Shown one piece after another: positions 1 to 8,503 of a stretch of DNA of 32,000 nt. The stretch covers positions 2,952,041 through 2,984,040 of the forward strand of contig NZ_CP028339.1 of the NCBI RefSeq assembly GCF_003030465.1, given 5' to 3'. Below the pieces are notes generated by a model. The model did no database searches and had not been told where the DNA came from. It worked only from the letters and a program-made list of their open reading frames with translations. The DNA is from Thauera aromatica K172. GTDB lineage: Bacteria > Pseudomonadota > Gammaproteobacteria > Burkholderiales > Rhodocyclaceae. A program made the position numbers and the translations under genes. Numbering within the stretch: the first letter of the stretch is position 1; each line of letters begins with the position of its first letter.

Positions 1-1647
1 GTCACGAACGGTGATCTGCGCAGCGGTTGCGGCGGTGTGGCGGCGGATGTTGGTGAGCGCCTCGCCGACGATGGGGAAGATCGCCGCGGCGAGGCGGCGG
101 CCGATCGACAGTCCGGCGTCGCAGCCTACCACGACATCGAGGCCGAACAACTCGGTGAAGCGCCGGGCCTGGCGCTGCAGCGCCGGCGCCAGGGCGTTGT
201 CGGCGGCGCTCGTGCCGCTGCGCATGCCGCTGACCAGCTCGCGCAGGTTGTGCAGCTCGCCGACGGTGACCTCCTGCAGCGACAGGATGTCGGCGCGCAG
301 CGGGTTGTCGGGCGCGGCCTTGCGGGCGAGCGCTTCGATGCCGTACTTGAGGCCCAGGTAAGGCTGGATCGCGGTGTCGTGCAGGTCGCGGCCGATGCGG
401 GCGCGTTCGGTGGCCATCGCCTCGTCGGCGAGGCATTCGAGCAGGCCGGCGTTTTCGACCAGGGGGGCGAGCGGCTCCATCACCGCCGACAGCAGTTCGA
501 GGTCGCGGCTGCGGTAGCGCCGGCGCCGCGAGTCGAGCACCAGCCAGTTCGGATGCGGCGAGCGCCGGCAGATCGGCAGCGCGAGCAGCGAGCGGGCTTC
601 GAGCAGTTCGGCCAGCTGCTGCATCGGGACGCGCGCGGCGCCGCTCGCCCGACGGCGCGCGAGTTCCAGCCCGAGGGGGCCGGCGAAACACCACCGTCGC
701 GGCCCCGCCGTGCGCTGGTGGACGGCAGCGACCGTGGCCGGCAAACGGCCGAGCGCATCGATCAGGGTGGCGCGCAGTTCGCCGTGCAGCTCGGCGCAGG
801 CGCCGTCGGCGCCGACCCGGAACAGGCGCGCTTCGCTGCCCGGCAGCCAGATCAGCAGCCAGCCGCGGTCGGCGGCGAAACGCGGCGCAAGGGTGCGCAG
901 CAGGGTGTCGGCCATTCGCGCCACGCCCAGGCGCGGGTCGAGCAGCGCGAGCAGGCGTTCGGCGATCGTCATCTGCTCGTTGATGCGCATGCCGACGCAG
1001 GCGAGCGCGGCGAGCACCGGGCCGAACACGAGGATCAGCAAGGGCGGCAGCATCGCTTCGGGGAGGATGGCGGCGCCGTCCTGCACCCGGACCATGATCT
1101 GGGCTGCGGTGAGCGCAGCGGCGATCAGCGACACCAGCAGCCCGGACAGGAAGCCGAAGCTCACCGCAGCGAACAGCACCGGGAAGAAGAGCAGCATCAG
1201 CAGGCTGCTGTGCATTGCCGCCAGCCAGGCGAACGTCAGGATCCAGGCGACATCGACCCAGGCGATGAGCCGGGGCCACAACAGGCGGTGGCCGCGGAAC
1301 TCGATCCAGCACAGCCCGCCGGCGTAGGCGGCGTAACCGAACGCGGCGTAGGCCATCGCCCCACCGCGGCTGGCAACGGATAAGGGCGAAGAGAGGGACA
1401 AGACTTCGGCGATGGCGAAGATAGCGACCAGCACGCGCATGTTGGCGAGCACGCGGCGGATCTCCGGGCTGGTGTAGCTGGCGACGCCGGCATCGACGGC
1501 CGGCTCGGCGACGGGCGCCGTGTCGGCGCGCGCGCCGGGGGTTACGCCGGGGGTCGCAACACGCTGTTCCATCGCTTCGCGCGCCTCCTGTGGCTGACGG
1601 ACCTGTTCGCGCCGTCCAGGCTGCAACCGCTCCCAGACCTTGTCCAT
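1..1647 (-). CDS. Membrane sensor histidine kinase, HisKA_3 (NarX/DegS-like) class; partial, C-terminus lies beyond the left window edge
   Basis: My own translation of the minus frame with codon first bases at 1647, 1644 and so on. This frame is absent from the ORF track because it has no stop inside the window. It shows several hydrophobic helices (RVLVAIFAIAEVL, AYAAFGYAAYAGGL, WVDVAWILTFAWLAA, LLMLLFFPVLFAAVSFGFLSGLLVSLIAAAL, LPPLLILVFGPVLAALA). These are followed by the H-box ERARIGRDLHDTAIQPY (His codon 379-381) and the N-box IVGEALTNIRRHT (about 1-60). Third-position GC is very high. The start is ambiguous: ATG at 1647 (MDKVWERL) or ATG at 1572 (MEQRV, AGGAGG 12 nt upstream). Confidence 0.8.
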   Translation of the reverse strand, partial: MDKVWERLQPGRREQVRQPQEAREAMEQRVATPGVTPGARADTAPVAEPAVDAGVASYTSPEIRRVLANMRVLVAIFAIAEVLSLSSPLSVASRGGAMAYAAFGYAAYAGGLCWIEFRGHRLLWPRLIAWVDVAWILTFAWLAAMHSSLLMLLFFPVLFAAVSFGFLSGLLVSLIAAALTAAQIMVRVQDGAAILPEAMLPPLLILVFGPVLAALACVGMRINEQMTIAERLLALLDPRLGVARMADTLLRTLAPRFAADRGWLLIWLPGSEARLFRVGADGACAELHGELRATLIDALGRLPATVAAVHQRTAGPRRWCFAGPLGLELARRRASGAARVPMQQLAELLEARSLLALPICRRSPHPNWLVLDSRRRRYRSRDLELLSAVMEPLAPLVENAGLLECLADEAMATERARIGRDLHDTAIQPYLGLKYGIEALARKAAPDNPLRADILSLQEVTVGELHNLRELVSGMRSGTSAADNALAPALQRQARRFTELFGLDVVVGCDAGLSIGRRLAAAIFPIVGEALTNIRRHTAATAAQITVRD

Positions 1648-1813
1648 TGTAGGGGCATGCCCCCGGCGGAGAGAAGCCGCCGACCGCGCCGGGCCGCTTC
1701 TCGCGTCATGAATACAACACCCGCCGCGGCCACATTCTTCCCTGCCGCGGGTAACATGGCCCCCGGACCGCGGCGCTGGCGGCCCGCCTCCGCGAACGAT
1801 CGACGGTGAACAC

Positions 1814-2908
1814 ATGACCCTGGAACAGCAGTCGTTGAAGACGTTTACCAAGCCCGTCCACGTCACCACCTGGATGGGCCTTTTCCTCGCCCTGGTCGCC
1901 CTGGTGGCCGCCGTGCTGGTGCCCCAGCTCAAGCACGCCTTCGCCGCCAACATCGCCTTCAACGGCCTGATCCTGTTCGTGCTCGCGGTCGGGATCGCGG
2001 TGAACCTGCGCCAGGTCTGGCGGCTGCAGCGCGAAGTGCTGTGGATCGAAGACTTCCAGTACAGCGAGGACGGGCAGGCCGGCCTGTCCCGGCCGGTGCT
2101 GCTGGCGCCGATGGCGCGCCTGCTGTCGAGCCGCGAGCGCGGCAAGTTCCACCTGTCGCCGGCGTCGATGCGCTCGATCCTCGACAGCGTGCAGATCCGC
2201 CTCGAAGAACAGCGCGACCTGTCGCGCTACCTGATCGGGCTGCTGATCTTCCTCGGCCTGCTCGGCACCTTCTGGGGCCTGCTGGCGACGATCCGCTCGA
2301 TCGGCGACATCATCGGCGGGATGAGCGTGGGCAGCGACCCGGTGGCGATGTTCGAGGCCCTCAAGACCAAGCTCAACGAACCGCTGGGCGGCATGGCGAC
2401 GAGCTTTTCCACCTCGCTGTTCGGCCTCGCCGGTTCACTGATCGTGGGCTTTCTCGACCTCCAGTCCGGCCACGCCCAGAACCGCTTCTACAACGAGCTG
2501 GAAGAGTGGCTGTCGCACATCACCCGCCTGCCTTCGGGGATGGGCATCGAGGGCGAAGGCAGCGTGCCGGCCTACGTCCAGGCGCTGCTCGAGCAGACCG
2601 CCGAGAGCCTCGACCGCATGCAGCGCACGGCCGCGGAGTCCGAGCGCGAGCGCCGCGCCACCGCTGACCAGCTCGGCGAGCTGAATGGCCAGCTCACCCG
2701 CCTCGCCGACCTCATCGCACGCGAGTCGCGCGACCTGTCGGCGCTGTCCAGCGCGCAGGACGACCTCCACGGCCTGATCCGCCAGCTCGCCCACGCGCCC
2801 GCCCAGGGCGCCCAGTCCACCGCGCAGTTCTCGGAAGAGCTGCGCAACGAGCTGCGCCTGATGTCGCGCACCATCGCCGCCGCCCTCGGCGGCCACAAGG
2901 CGGACTGA
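1814..2908 (+). CDS. MotA/TolQ/ExbB-family proton-channel protein with C-terminal coiled-coil tail
   Basis: 364-aa ORF with four predicted TM helices (WMGLFLALVALVAAVLV; FNGLILFVLAVGIAV; YLIGLLIFLGLLGTFWGLLATI; MATSFSTSLFGLAGSLIVGFL). The TM3-TM4 block resembles the MotA_ExbB channel core. The last ~130 aa are A/E/L/Q/R-rich and heptad-like. Only 4 nt separate it from the next gene. Confidence 0.75.
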   Translation: MTLEQQSLKTFTKPVHVTTWMGLFLALVALVAAVLVPQLKHAFAANIAFNGLILFVLAVGIAVNLRQVWRLQREVLWIEDFQYSEDGQAGLSRPVLLAPMARLLSSRERGKFHLSPASMRSILDSVQIRLEEQRDLSRYLIGLLIFLGLLGTFWGLLATIRSIGDIIGGMSVGSDPVAMFEALKTKLNEPLGGMATSFSTSLFGLAGSLIVGFLDLQSGHAQNRFYNELEEWLSHITRLPSGMGIEGEGSVPAYVQALLEQTAESLDRMQRTAAESERERRATADQLGELNGQLTRLADLIARESRDLSALSSAQDDLHGLIRQLAHAPAQGAQSTAQFSEELRNELRLMSRTIAAALGGHKAD

Positions 2909-2912
2909 AGCG

Positions 2913-4019
2913 ATGGCCTCGCTGTCGCGCCGCCGCCGGCCGCTGGATTTCTGGCCCGGCTTCGTCGACGCCCTCGCCTCGTTGCTGATGGTGATGGTGT
3001 TCGTGATCCTGATCTTCGTCATCGGCCAGTTCGTCCTCGCCGACGCGGTCAGCGGGCGCGACCGCGCCCTCACCCGCCTCAACGCCGAACTGGCGGCGCT
3101 GGCGCAGACCCTGAGCCTGGAACAATCCGCACGCGAGCGCGCCGACGCCCGCATCGGCGAACTCAGCGCCTCGCTCGCCAGCGCCACCCGCGAGCGCGAC
3201 GCCCTGGCGCTCGACCTGCAGGGCACGCGGGCGGCCCTCGACGCACAGCGCACCGAGGCCGCCCGCCTCGGCGCCGACATCGCCGCGCTGCAGCGGCTGA
3301 AGGCCGAGCTCGAAGCCGAGGCCGCGCGCCTGGCGAGCGCGCTCGACACTTCCGAGCGCGGGCTGAAGGAACAGACCGAACTGTCGGCGCAGGCGATCGC
3401 CCAGGTCGAGCTCCTCAACCGCCAGCTCGCCGCGGTGCGCACCCAGCTCGAGCAGTTGAACAACGCCCTGGCCGCAGCCGAGGCCGCAGCCCGCGACAAG
3501 GACCTGCGCATCGAGGAACTGGGGCGCGAGCTGAACCTGGCGCTCGCCGCCCGGGTGCAGGAGCTGGCGCGCTACCGCTCGGAGTTCTTCGGCCGCCTGC
3601 AGGCGGTGCTGGGCAAGCGCAAGGACATCCAGATCGTCGGCGACCGCTTCGTGTTTTCCAGCGAGGTGCTGTTTCCCACCGCCTCCGACGAGGTCAGCGC
3701 CGAAGGCCTGGTCCAGCTCACCCGCCTGGCGGAAACATTGAAGACACTCGCCGCCGAGATTCCCGCGGATCTGCCGTGGGTGCTGCAGGTCGATGGCCAC
3801 ACCGACCGCCGTCCGATCGCCACCGCGCGCTTTCCGTCGAACTGGGAATTGTCCACCGCGCGCGCGCTGGCAATCGTCAAGTTCCTGCGCACCCAGGGGA
3901 TCGCGCCGCAGCGCCTGGCCGCCACCGGCTACGGCGAGTTCCACCCGCTGGATGCGCGCACCAGTGAAGAAGCGCTCGCCCGCAACCGCCGCATCGAGCT
4001 GAAGCTGACCAGCCGCTGA
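2913..4019 (+). CDS. MotB/OmpA-family peptidoglycan-binding protein with long coiled-coil spacer
   Basis: 368-aa ORF. The N-terminus RRRRPLDFWPGFVDALASLLMVMVFVILIFVI is a single TM helix with Asp19 (codon 2967-2969) at its cytoplasmic edge, as in MotB/ExbD/TolR. About 190 aa of coiled coil follow. The C-terminus is an OmpA_C-like domain (VDGHTDRRPI...SNWELSTARALAIVKFL...GYGEFHPL...NRRIELKL). Confidence 0.85.
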   Translation: MASLSRRRRPLDFWPGFVDALASLLMVMVFVILIFVIGQFVLADAVSGRDRALTRLNAELAALAQTLSLEQSARERADARIGELSASLASATRERDALALDLQGTRAALDAQRTEAARLGADIAALQRLKAELEAEAARLASALDTSERGLKEQTELSAQAIAQVELLNRQLAAVRTQLEQLNNALAAAEAAARDKDLRIEELGRELNLALAARVQELARYRSEFFGRLQAVLGKRKDIQIVGDRFVFSSEVLFPTASDEVSAEGLVQLTRLAETLKTLAAEIPADLPWVLQVDGHTDRRPIATARFPSNWELSTARALAIVKFLRTQGIAPQRLAATGYGEFHPLDARTSEEALARNRRIELKLTSR

Positions 4020-4076
4020 GCTTCAGAAGCAGGCCCGAAGGACCACGGCAACCACCTGCCCGCCCCCGGCGCCCCC

Positions 4077-4481
4077 TCAGGCGCCGCCGCCCGAGCGTGC
4101 CGCCCGTTCCAGATCCTTCACCACCAGCGACAGCGCTTCGGTGGAGATCAGCACTTCGATCAGCGACAGCACCAGCGACAGCGTCAGGCTCAGGATGCTG
4201 GCGCCGAACAGCCATTTCCCGGGCAGTTCGGCATCGAGGAACAGGGCGAACATCGACAGCGCGCACAGCAGGAAGCTGAACACGCCGAAGCCCTGCATGT
4301 ACTGGGTCAGGGCGATGCGCCGCTTGAGCCCGGGGAGCTGGCGCTGCACCAGGGCCGCGGCGCGATCGGTGGAGGCGTTGAGCTGGCGGATGACCTGGGC
4401 GAGGGTGAGAAAGCGGTTGGTGTAGGCGAGCAGCAGCAGCGAGATCGCCGGAAAGAGCAGTGCCGGAGTGGTGAGGTTCAT
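4077..4481 (-). CDS. Small integral membrane protein, DUF2721-like
   Basis: I start the 4077..4703 ORF at the internal ATG (4481), giving 134 aa: MNLTTPALLFPAISLLLLAYTNRFLTLAQVIRQL plus two further TM helices. The N-terminal motif matches what I recall of DUF2721 proteins. The upstream extension is Arg/Gly/Pro-rich and looks non-coding. Confidence 0.6.
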   Translation of the reverse strand: MNLTTPALLFPAISLLLLAYTNRFLTLAQVIRQLNASTDRAAALVQRQLPGLKRRIALTQYMQGFGVFSFLLCALSMFALFLDAELPGKWLFGASILSLTLSLVLSLIEVLISTEALSLVVKDLERAARSGGGA

Positions 4482-4561
4482 GGTCGCGCCCGTCTTTGCC
4501 GCAGAGTCGTCGGAACGGCATTCTAACCGCCCCGGGCGGCCCCCTACCCTTGGCCGCCCGG

Positions 4562-7500
4562 CTACATGTTGCGCCGGTACTGGCCGCCGACCTCGTACAG
4601 CGCCGCGGTGATCTGGCCGAGCGAGCAGTGGCGCACGGCCCCCATCAGCACCTCGAACACATTGCGCTCTTCGAGCACGGCCTGTTGCAGGCGGGCGAGC
4701 CACAGCGGCGCGGCCGCCTGGTGGCGGGCGTGGAAGTCGGCGAGGCGGGCGAGCTGGGACTGCTTTTCGGCCTCGGTCGAGCGCGCCAGCGCGGGCGCCG
4801 GAGCGAGCGCCGCCCCCTGCGGATCGAGGAAGGTGTTTACGCCGACGATCGGCAGCGAACCGTCATGCTTGCCGCACTCGTAGCGCAGCGACTCTTCCTG
4901 GATCCTGCCGCGCTGGTAGCCGCTCTCCATCGCCCCGAGCACACCACCGCGGGCAGCCAGGGCGTCGAACTCGCGCAGCACCGCCTCTTCCACCAGATCG
5001 GTGAGCCGGTCGATGATAAAGCTGCCCTGGTTGGGGTTCTCGTTCTGCGCCAGCCCCCATTCGCGGTGGATGATGAGCTGGATCGCGAGCGCGCGCCGCA
5101 CCGAGGCTTCGGTCGGGGTGGTGACCGCCTCGTCGAAGGCGTTGGTGTGCAGCGAGTTGCAGTTGTCGTAGATCGCGATCAGCGCCTGGAGCGTGGTGCG
5201 GATGTCGTTGAAGTCCATTTCCTGCGCATGGAGCGAGCGCCCGGAAGTCTGCACGTGGTACTTCAGCTTCTGGCTGCGCTCGTTCGCGCCGTATCTGTCC
5301 CGCATCGCCACCGCCCAGATGCGGCGGGCGACGCGACCGATCACGGCGTATTCCGGGTCCATGCCGTTGGAAAAGAAGAACGACAGGTTGGGGGCGAAGT
5401 CGTCGATGTGCATGCCGCGCGCCAGATACGACTCGACGTAGGTGAAGCCGTTGGCCAGCGTGAACGCGAGCTGGGTAATCGGGTTCGCCCCCGCTTCGGC
5501 GATGTGGTAGCCGGAAATCGACACCGAGTAGAAGTTCCTGACCCGATGGCGAATGAAATACTCCTGGATGTCGCCCATCATCTTCAGCGCGAACTCGGTC
5601 GAGAAGATGCAGGTGTTCTGGCCCTGGTCTTCCTTCAGGATGTCGGCCTGGACCGTGCCGCGCACGCTCGACAGGGTCCGCGCCTCGATCTCGCGGTACT
5701 CGTCCGCGCTCGGCGGGCGGTGCCGGTCGGCCTCGAAGCGGGCCACTTGCTGGTCGATCGCGGTGTTGAAGAAGAACGCGAGGATCGCCGGCGCGGGGCC
5801 GTTGATCGTCATCGACACCGAAGTCGTCGGCGCGCACAGGTCGAAGCCGTCGTACAGCGCCTTCATGTCGTCGAGGGTGGCGATGCTGACGCCGGCGTTG
5901 CCGATCTTGCCGTAGATGTCGGGGCGCAGCGCGGGATCGCAGCCGTACAGGGTCACCGAGTCGAACGCGGTGGATAGCCGATGCGCCGCCATCCCCGCGC
6001 ACAGCTGCCGGAAGCGGCGGTTGGTGCGAAAGGCGTCGCCTTCGCCGGCGAACATGCGGGTCGGGTCTTCGCCTTCGCGCTTGAGGGGAAACACGCCGGC
6101 GGTAAACGGGAAGGCGCCGGGCAGGTTTTCCTGCAGCAGGAAGCGCAGCAGTTCGCCTTCGTCGTCGAAATTCGGCAGCGCAACCCGGGGAATCGCGGTG
6201 CCCGACAAGGTTTCGTGGAACAGGCGGGGAGGGTCGCCCCCCCCCGCCGCAGCGGAGCACGCCGAAGCGGGAGCGGAGGCGGCGGAACTCTCCGCCCCAC
6301 CAAGGCGGGCGCGGGTGGCCGGCCACTGTTCGAGCAGCGCCTTCGCCGCGGGGGCGAGTTCGGCGTCCTTGGCGGCGATCAGCGCATCGAACGCCGCCAG
6401 CGGCACCGAGGGCTCGCCCCGCTCGAACAGCGCCCGGGCGAGCTTCAGCGCCTGGCGCTCGCGGGCGACGCGGACCTGCTGTCCGGCTGCGGCGCGATAC
6501 GCACGCACGGTGTCGGCGATCTCGGCGAGGTGGCGCGCGCGCTCGGGCGGCACCGCCGTGCGCCCGGCGGAAGAGGCTTTCACCGCGACCGCCGGCAGGC
6601 GTGCCGCCGCAGCGTCCGCAACCGCATCGAAGCCTTTGTCCGCCAGTGCCGGCAGCAAGGCCTGGTACAGCGCGGTGACGCCGTCATCATTGAAGCGCGC
6701 CGCCACGGTGCCGAACACCGGCATCGCCGCAGCCGGCAGGTCGAACAGCGCGCGGTTGCGCTGGACCTGCTTGCACACGTCGCGCAGCGCATCCGCCCCA
6801 CCCTGGCGGTCGAACTTGTTGATCGCGACGAAATCGGCGAAATCGAGCATGTCGATCTTCTCCAGCTGGCTCGCCGCGCCGAACTCGGGCGTCATCACGT
6901 AGAGAGACAGATCGACGAAGGGGACGATCGCGGCATTGCCCTGGCCGATGCCGGAGGTCTCGACGATGACCAGCTCGAAACCGGCGAGCTTGCACGCCGC
7001 GATCACCTCGGGCAGCGCGGCCGAGAGTTCCGAGGCGGTGGCGCGGGTGGCGAGCGAGCGCATGAAGATGCGCTCGTGGGCGATCGCGTTCATGCGGATG
7101 CGGTCGCCCAGCAGCGCCCCGCCGGTGCGCTTGCGCGACGGGTCGATGGAGACGATGGCAATCTTCAGCCGGTCGTCGAAGTCGAGGCGGAAGCGGCGCA
7201 CCAACTCGTCGGTGAGGGAGGATTTTCCCGCGCCGCCGGTGCCGGTGACGCCGAGCACGGGAGTACGGACGGCCGCGGCGGCAGCGCGCAGCGCCTGCTT
7301 CGCCTCGGCACCGCAAACGCCGTTTTCGAGCACGGTGATGATGCGCGCGAGGTAGCGCAGGCGCGCCGCGCGCTCACCCGCGCCCAAGGCCTCCAACATC
7401 GCTTCGGCAGTCTGCGGCGCATCGGCGGCAAGGTCGAAGTCGGCACGCTCGACCACGCGGTCGATCATGCCCTGCAGCCCCATCCGCACGCCGTCCTCCG

Positions 7501-7888
7501 GCGAAAACACCCGCGCCACGCCGTAGGCGTGCAGTTCGCGGATTTCGTCCGGCACGATCACCCCGCCGCCGCCGCCGAACACCTGGATATGGCCACCGCC
7601 GCGGGTCCTGAGCAGATCGATCAGGTACTTGAAGAACTCGACGTGCCCGCCCTGGTAGCTGCTCACCGCGATGCCGTGCACGTCCTCCTGCAGCGCCGCG
7701 CTCACGACCTCCTCGACCGAGCGGTTGTGGCCGAGGTGGATGACCTCCACCCCGCTCGCCTGCAGCAGCCGGCGCACGATGTTGATCGCGGCATCATGGC
7801 CGTCGAACAGCGCGGTCGCGGTGATGAAGCGGACCTTGTTCCTGGGCGTGTACGCCGCAGGCCTGCTTGTGGCGCTCGGATCGGTCAT
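4562..7888 (-). CDS. icmF: Fused isobutyryl-CoA mutase (B12-binding domain + MeaI-type G-protein + mutase barrel)
   Basis: 1108 aa. The N-terminus is a B12-binding domain ([15 protein letters not shown]...[12 protein letters not shown]). The centre has a P-loop [17 protein letters not shown] with an ArgK/MeaB-like region. The C-terminus is a methylmalonyl-CoA-mutase-like substrate barrel ([23 protein letters not shown]...RTNRRF). GGAGG lies 9 nt upstream of the ATG. Length and domain order are typical of IcmF. Confidence 0.9.
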   Translation of the reverse strand: MTDPSATSRPAAYTPRNKVRFITATALFDGHDAAINIVRRLLQASGVEVIHLGHNRSVEEVVSAALQEDVHGIAVSSYQGGHVEFFKYLIDLLRTRGGGHIQVFGGGGGVIVPDEIRELHAYGVARVFSPEDGVRMGLQGMIDRVVERADFDLAADAPQTAEAMLEALGAGERAARLRYLARIITVLENGVCGAEAKQALRAAAAAVRTPVLGVTGTGGAGKSSLTDELVRRFRLDFDDRLKIAIVSIDPSRKRTGGALLGDRIRMNAIAHERIFMRSLATRATASELSAALPEVIAACKLAGFELVIVETSGIGQGNAAIVPFVDLSLYVMTPEFGAASQLEKIDMLDFADFVAINKFDRQGGADALRDVCKQVQRNRALFDLPAAAMPVFGTVAARFNDDGVTALYQALLPALADKGFDAVADAAAARLPAVAVKASSAGRTAVPPERARHLAEIADTVRAYRAAAGQQVRVARERQALKLARALFERGEPSVPLAAFDALIAAKDAELAPAAKALLEQWPATRARLGGAESSAASAPASACSAAAGGGDPPRLFHETLSGTAIPRVALPNFDDEGELLRFLLQENLPGAFPFTAGVFPLKREGEDPTRMFAGEGDAFRTNRRFRQLCAGMAAHRLSTAFDSVTLYGCDPALRPDIYGKIGNAGVSIATLDDMKALYDGFDLCAPTTSVSMTINGPAPAILAFFFNTAIDQQVARFEADRHRPPSADEYREIEARTLSSVRGTVQADILKEDQGQNTCIFSTEFALKMMGDIQEYFIRHRVRNFYSVSISGYHIAEAGANPITQLAFTLANGFTYVESYLARGMHIDDFAPNLSFFFSNGMDPEYAVIGRVARRIWAVAMRDRYGANERSQKLKYHVQTSGRSLHAQEMDFNDIRTTLQALIAIYDNCNSLHTNAFDEAVTTPTEASVRRALAIQLIIHREWGLAQNENPNQGSFIIDRLTDLVEEAVLREFDALAARGGVLGAMESGYQRGRIQEESLRYECGKHDGSLPIVGVNTFLDPQGAALAPAPALARSTEAEKQSQLARLADFHARHQAAAPLWLARLQQAVLEERNVFEVLMGAVRHCSLGQITAALYEVGGQYRRNM

Positions 7889-8032
7889 CGGGGTGCCTCC
7901 GGGCAGAAAGCCGTGCCTCCCCGTAATCCTAGAGATTCCGCCCCGCCTTCGCCACCGCTGTCGCGGCGGACGCGCACGGCGCGCGGAATGCGGCGCGCCG
8001 GCATCCGGGGGCGGCGCCCGGCGCGGCGCGGA

Positions 8033-8503
8033 TCATGGCCTGCCGTCGCGGCAGTCGATCTCGTCCCGGTGGCCGAAGCCGCGCGAGTTGTCGATGAAAT
8101 ACAGCCGTTCGGGCACGAAACGGTACCAGTGCACCTTCGCCAGGGCCTGCAGGATCGCGGCCGGCGCACCCCCCAGCGTGCCGACGACGGGGTATTTCGC
8201 CCCGTAGAGCGCGCGCGCCTGCCCTGCGGCATCGCCGGACAGTTCCACGACATGGCCTTCGGCCTGGATGCCCTTGACCTCACGCCAGTCGGAGCAGTCC
8301 TCCTGGATGGTCACCGCGGCACGCCCATCGCGCGCGATGTTGCTGCTGTGGCGGGCGCCTGGCTTGGACAGGAAGTACAGGTCGAAACCGTCGCTGGCGT
8401 AAAACACCGCCGCCGCCCACACCCCCTGCTCGCCCTGCGTCGCCAGCGTCATCGTGTGGTGCGCGCGCAGCCAGTCGAGGACATGGGCCTGGTGCCCGTT
8501 CAT
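8033..8503 (-). CDS. Pyridoxamine 5'-phosphate oxidase-like (FMN-binding split-barrel) family protein
   Basis: 156 aa. The segment HHTMTLATQGEQGVWAAAVFYASDGFDLYFLSKPGARHSSNIARDGRAAVTIQED is typical of the PNPOx/general-stress-protein-26 fold. Its ATG overlaps the stop codon of the upstream regulator gene (ATGA, 8500-8503). Confidence 0.7.
   Translation of the reverse strand: MNGHQAHVLDWLRAHHTMTLATQGEQGVWAAAVFYASDGFDLYFLSKPGARHSSNIARDGRAAVTIQEDCSDWREVKGIQAEGHVVELSGDAAGQARALYGAKYPVVGTLGGAPAAILQALAKVHWYRFVPERLYFIDNSRGFGHRDEIDCRDGRP

Noticed and set aside
2-1383. Long track ORFs 2..1312 (minus) and 37..1383 (plus) as candidate genes
   Set aside because: Their composition is Arg/Pro/Gly/Ala-rich and low-complexity with no recognisable motifs. 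A third frame on the minus strand encodes a coherent histidine kinase over the same DNA.
1652-1663. 12-nt perfect palindrome GGGGCATGCCCC upstream of the kinase gene as an operator
   Set aside because: It is a short GC-rich palindrome in ~68% GC DNA, so it is plausible by chance. Its position relative to the true start codon is also uncertain.
1814-4019. MotA/MotB-like pair as a Zorya anti-phage system
   Set aside because: There are no ZorC/ZorD-like (or ZorE/other effector) genes adjacent. The A-subunit tail is much shorter than in ZorA. The long coiled coil is on the B subunit instead. I kept it as an uncharacterised stator-like pair rather than calling it Zorya.
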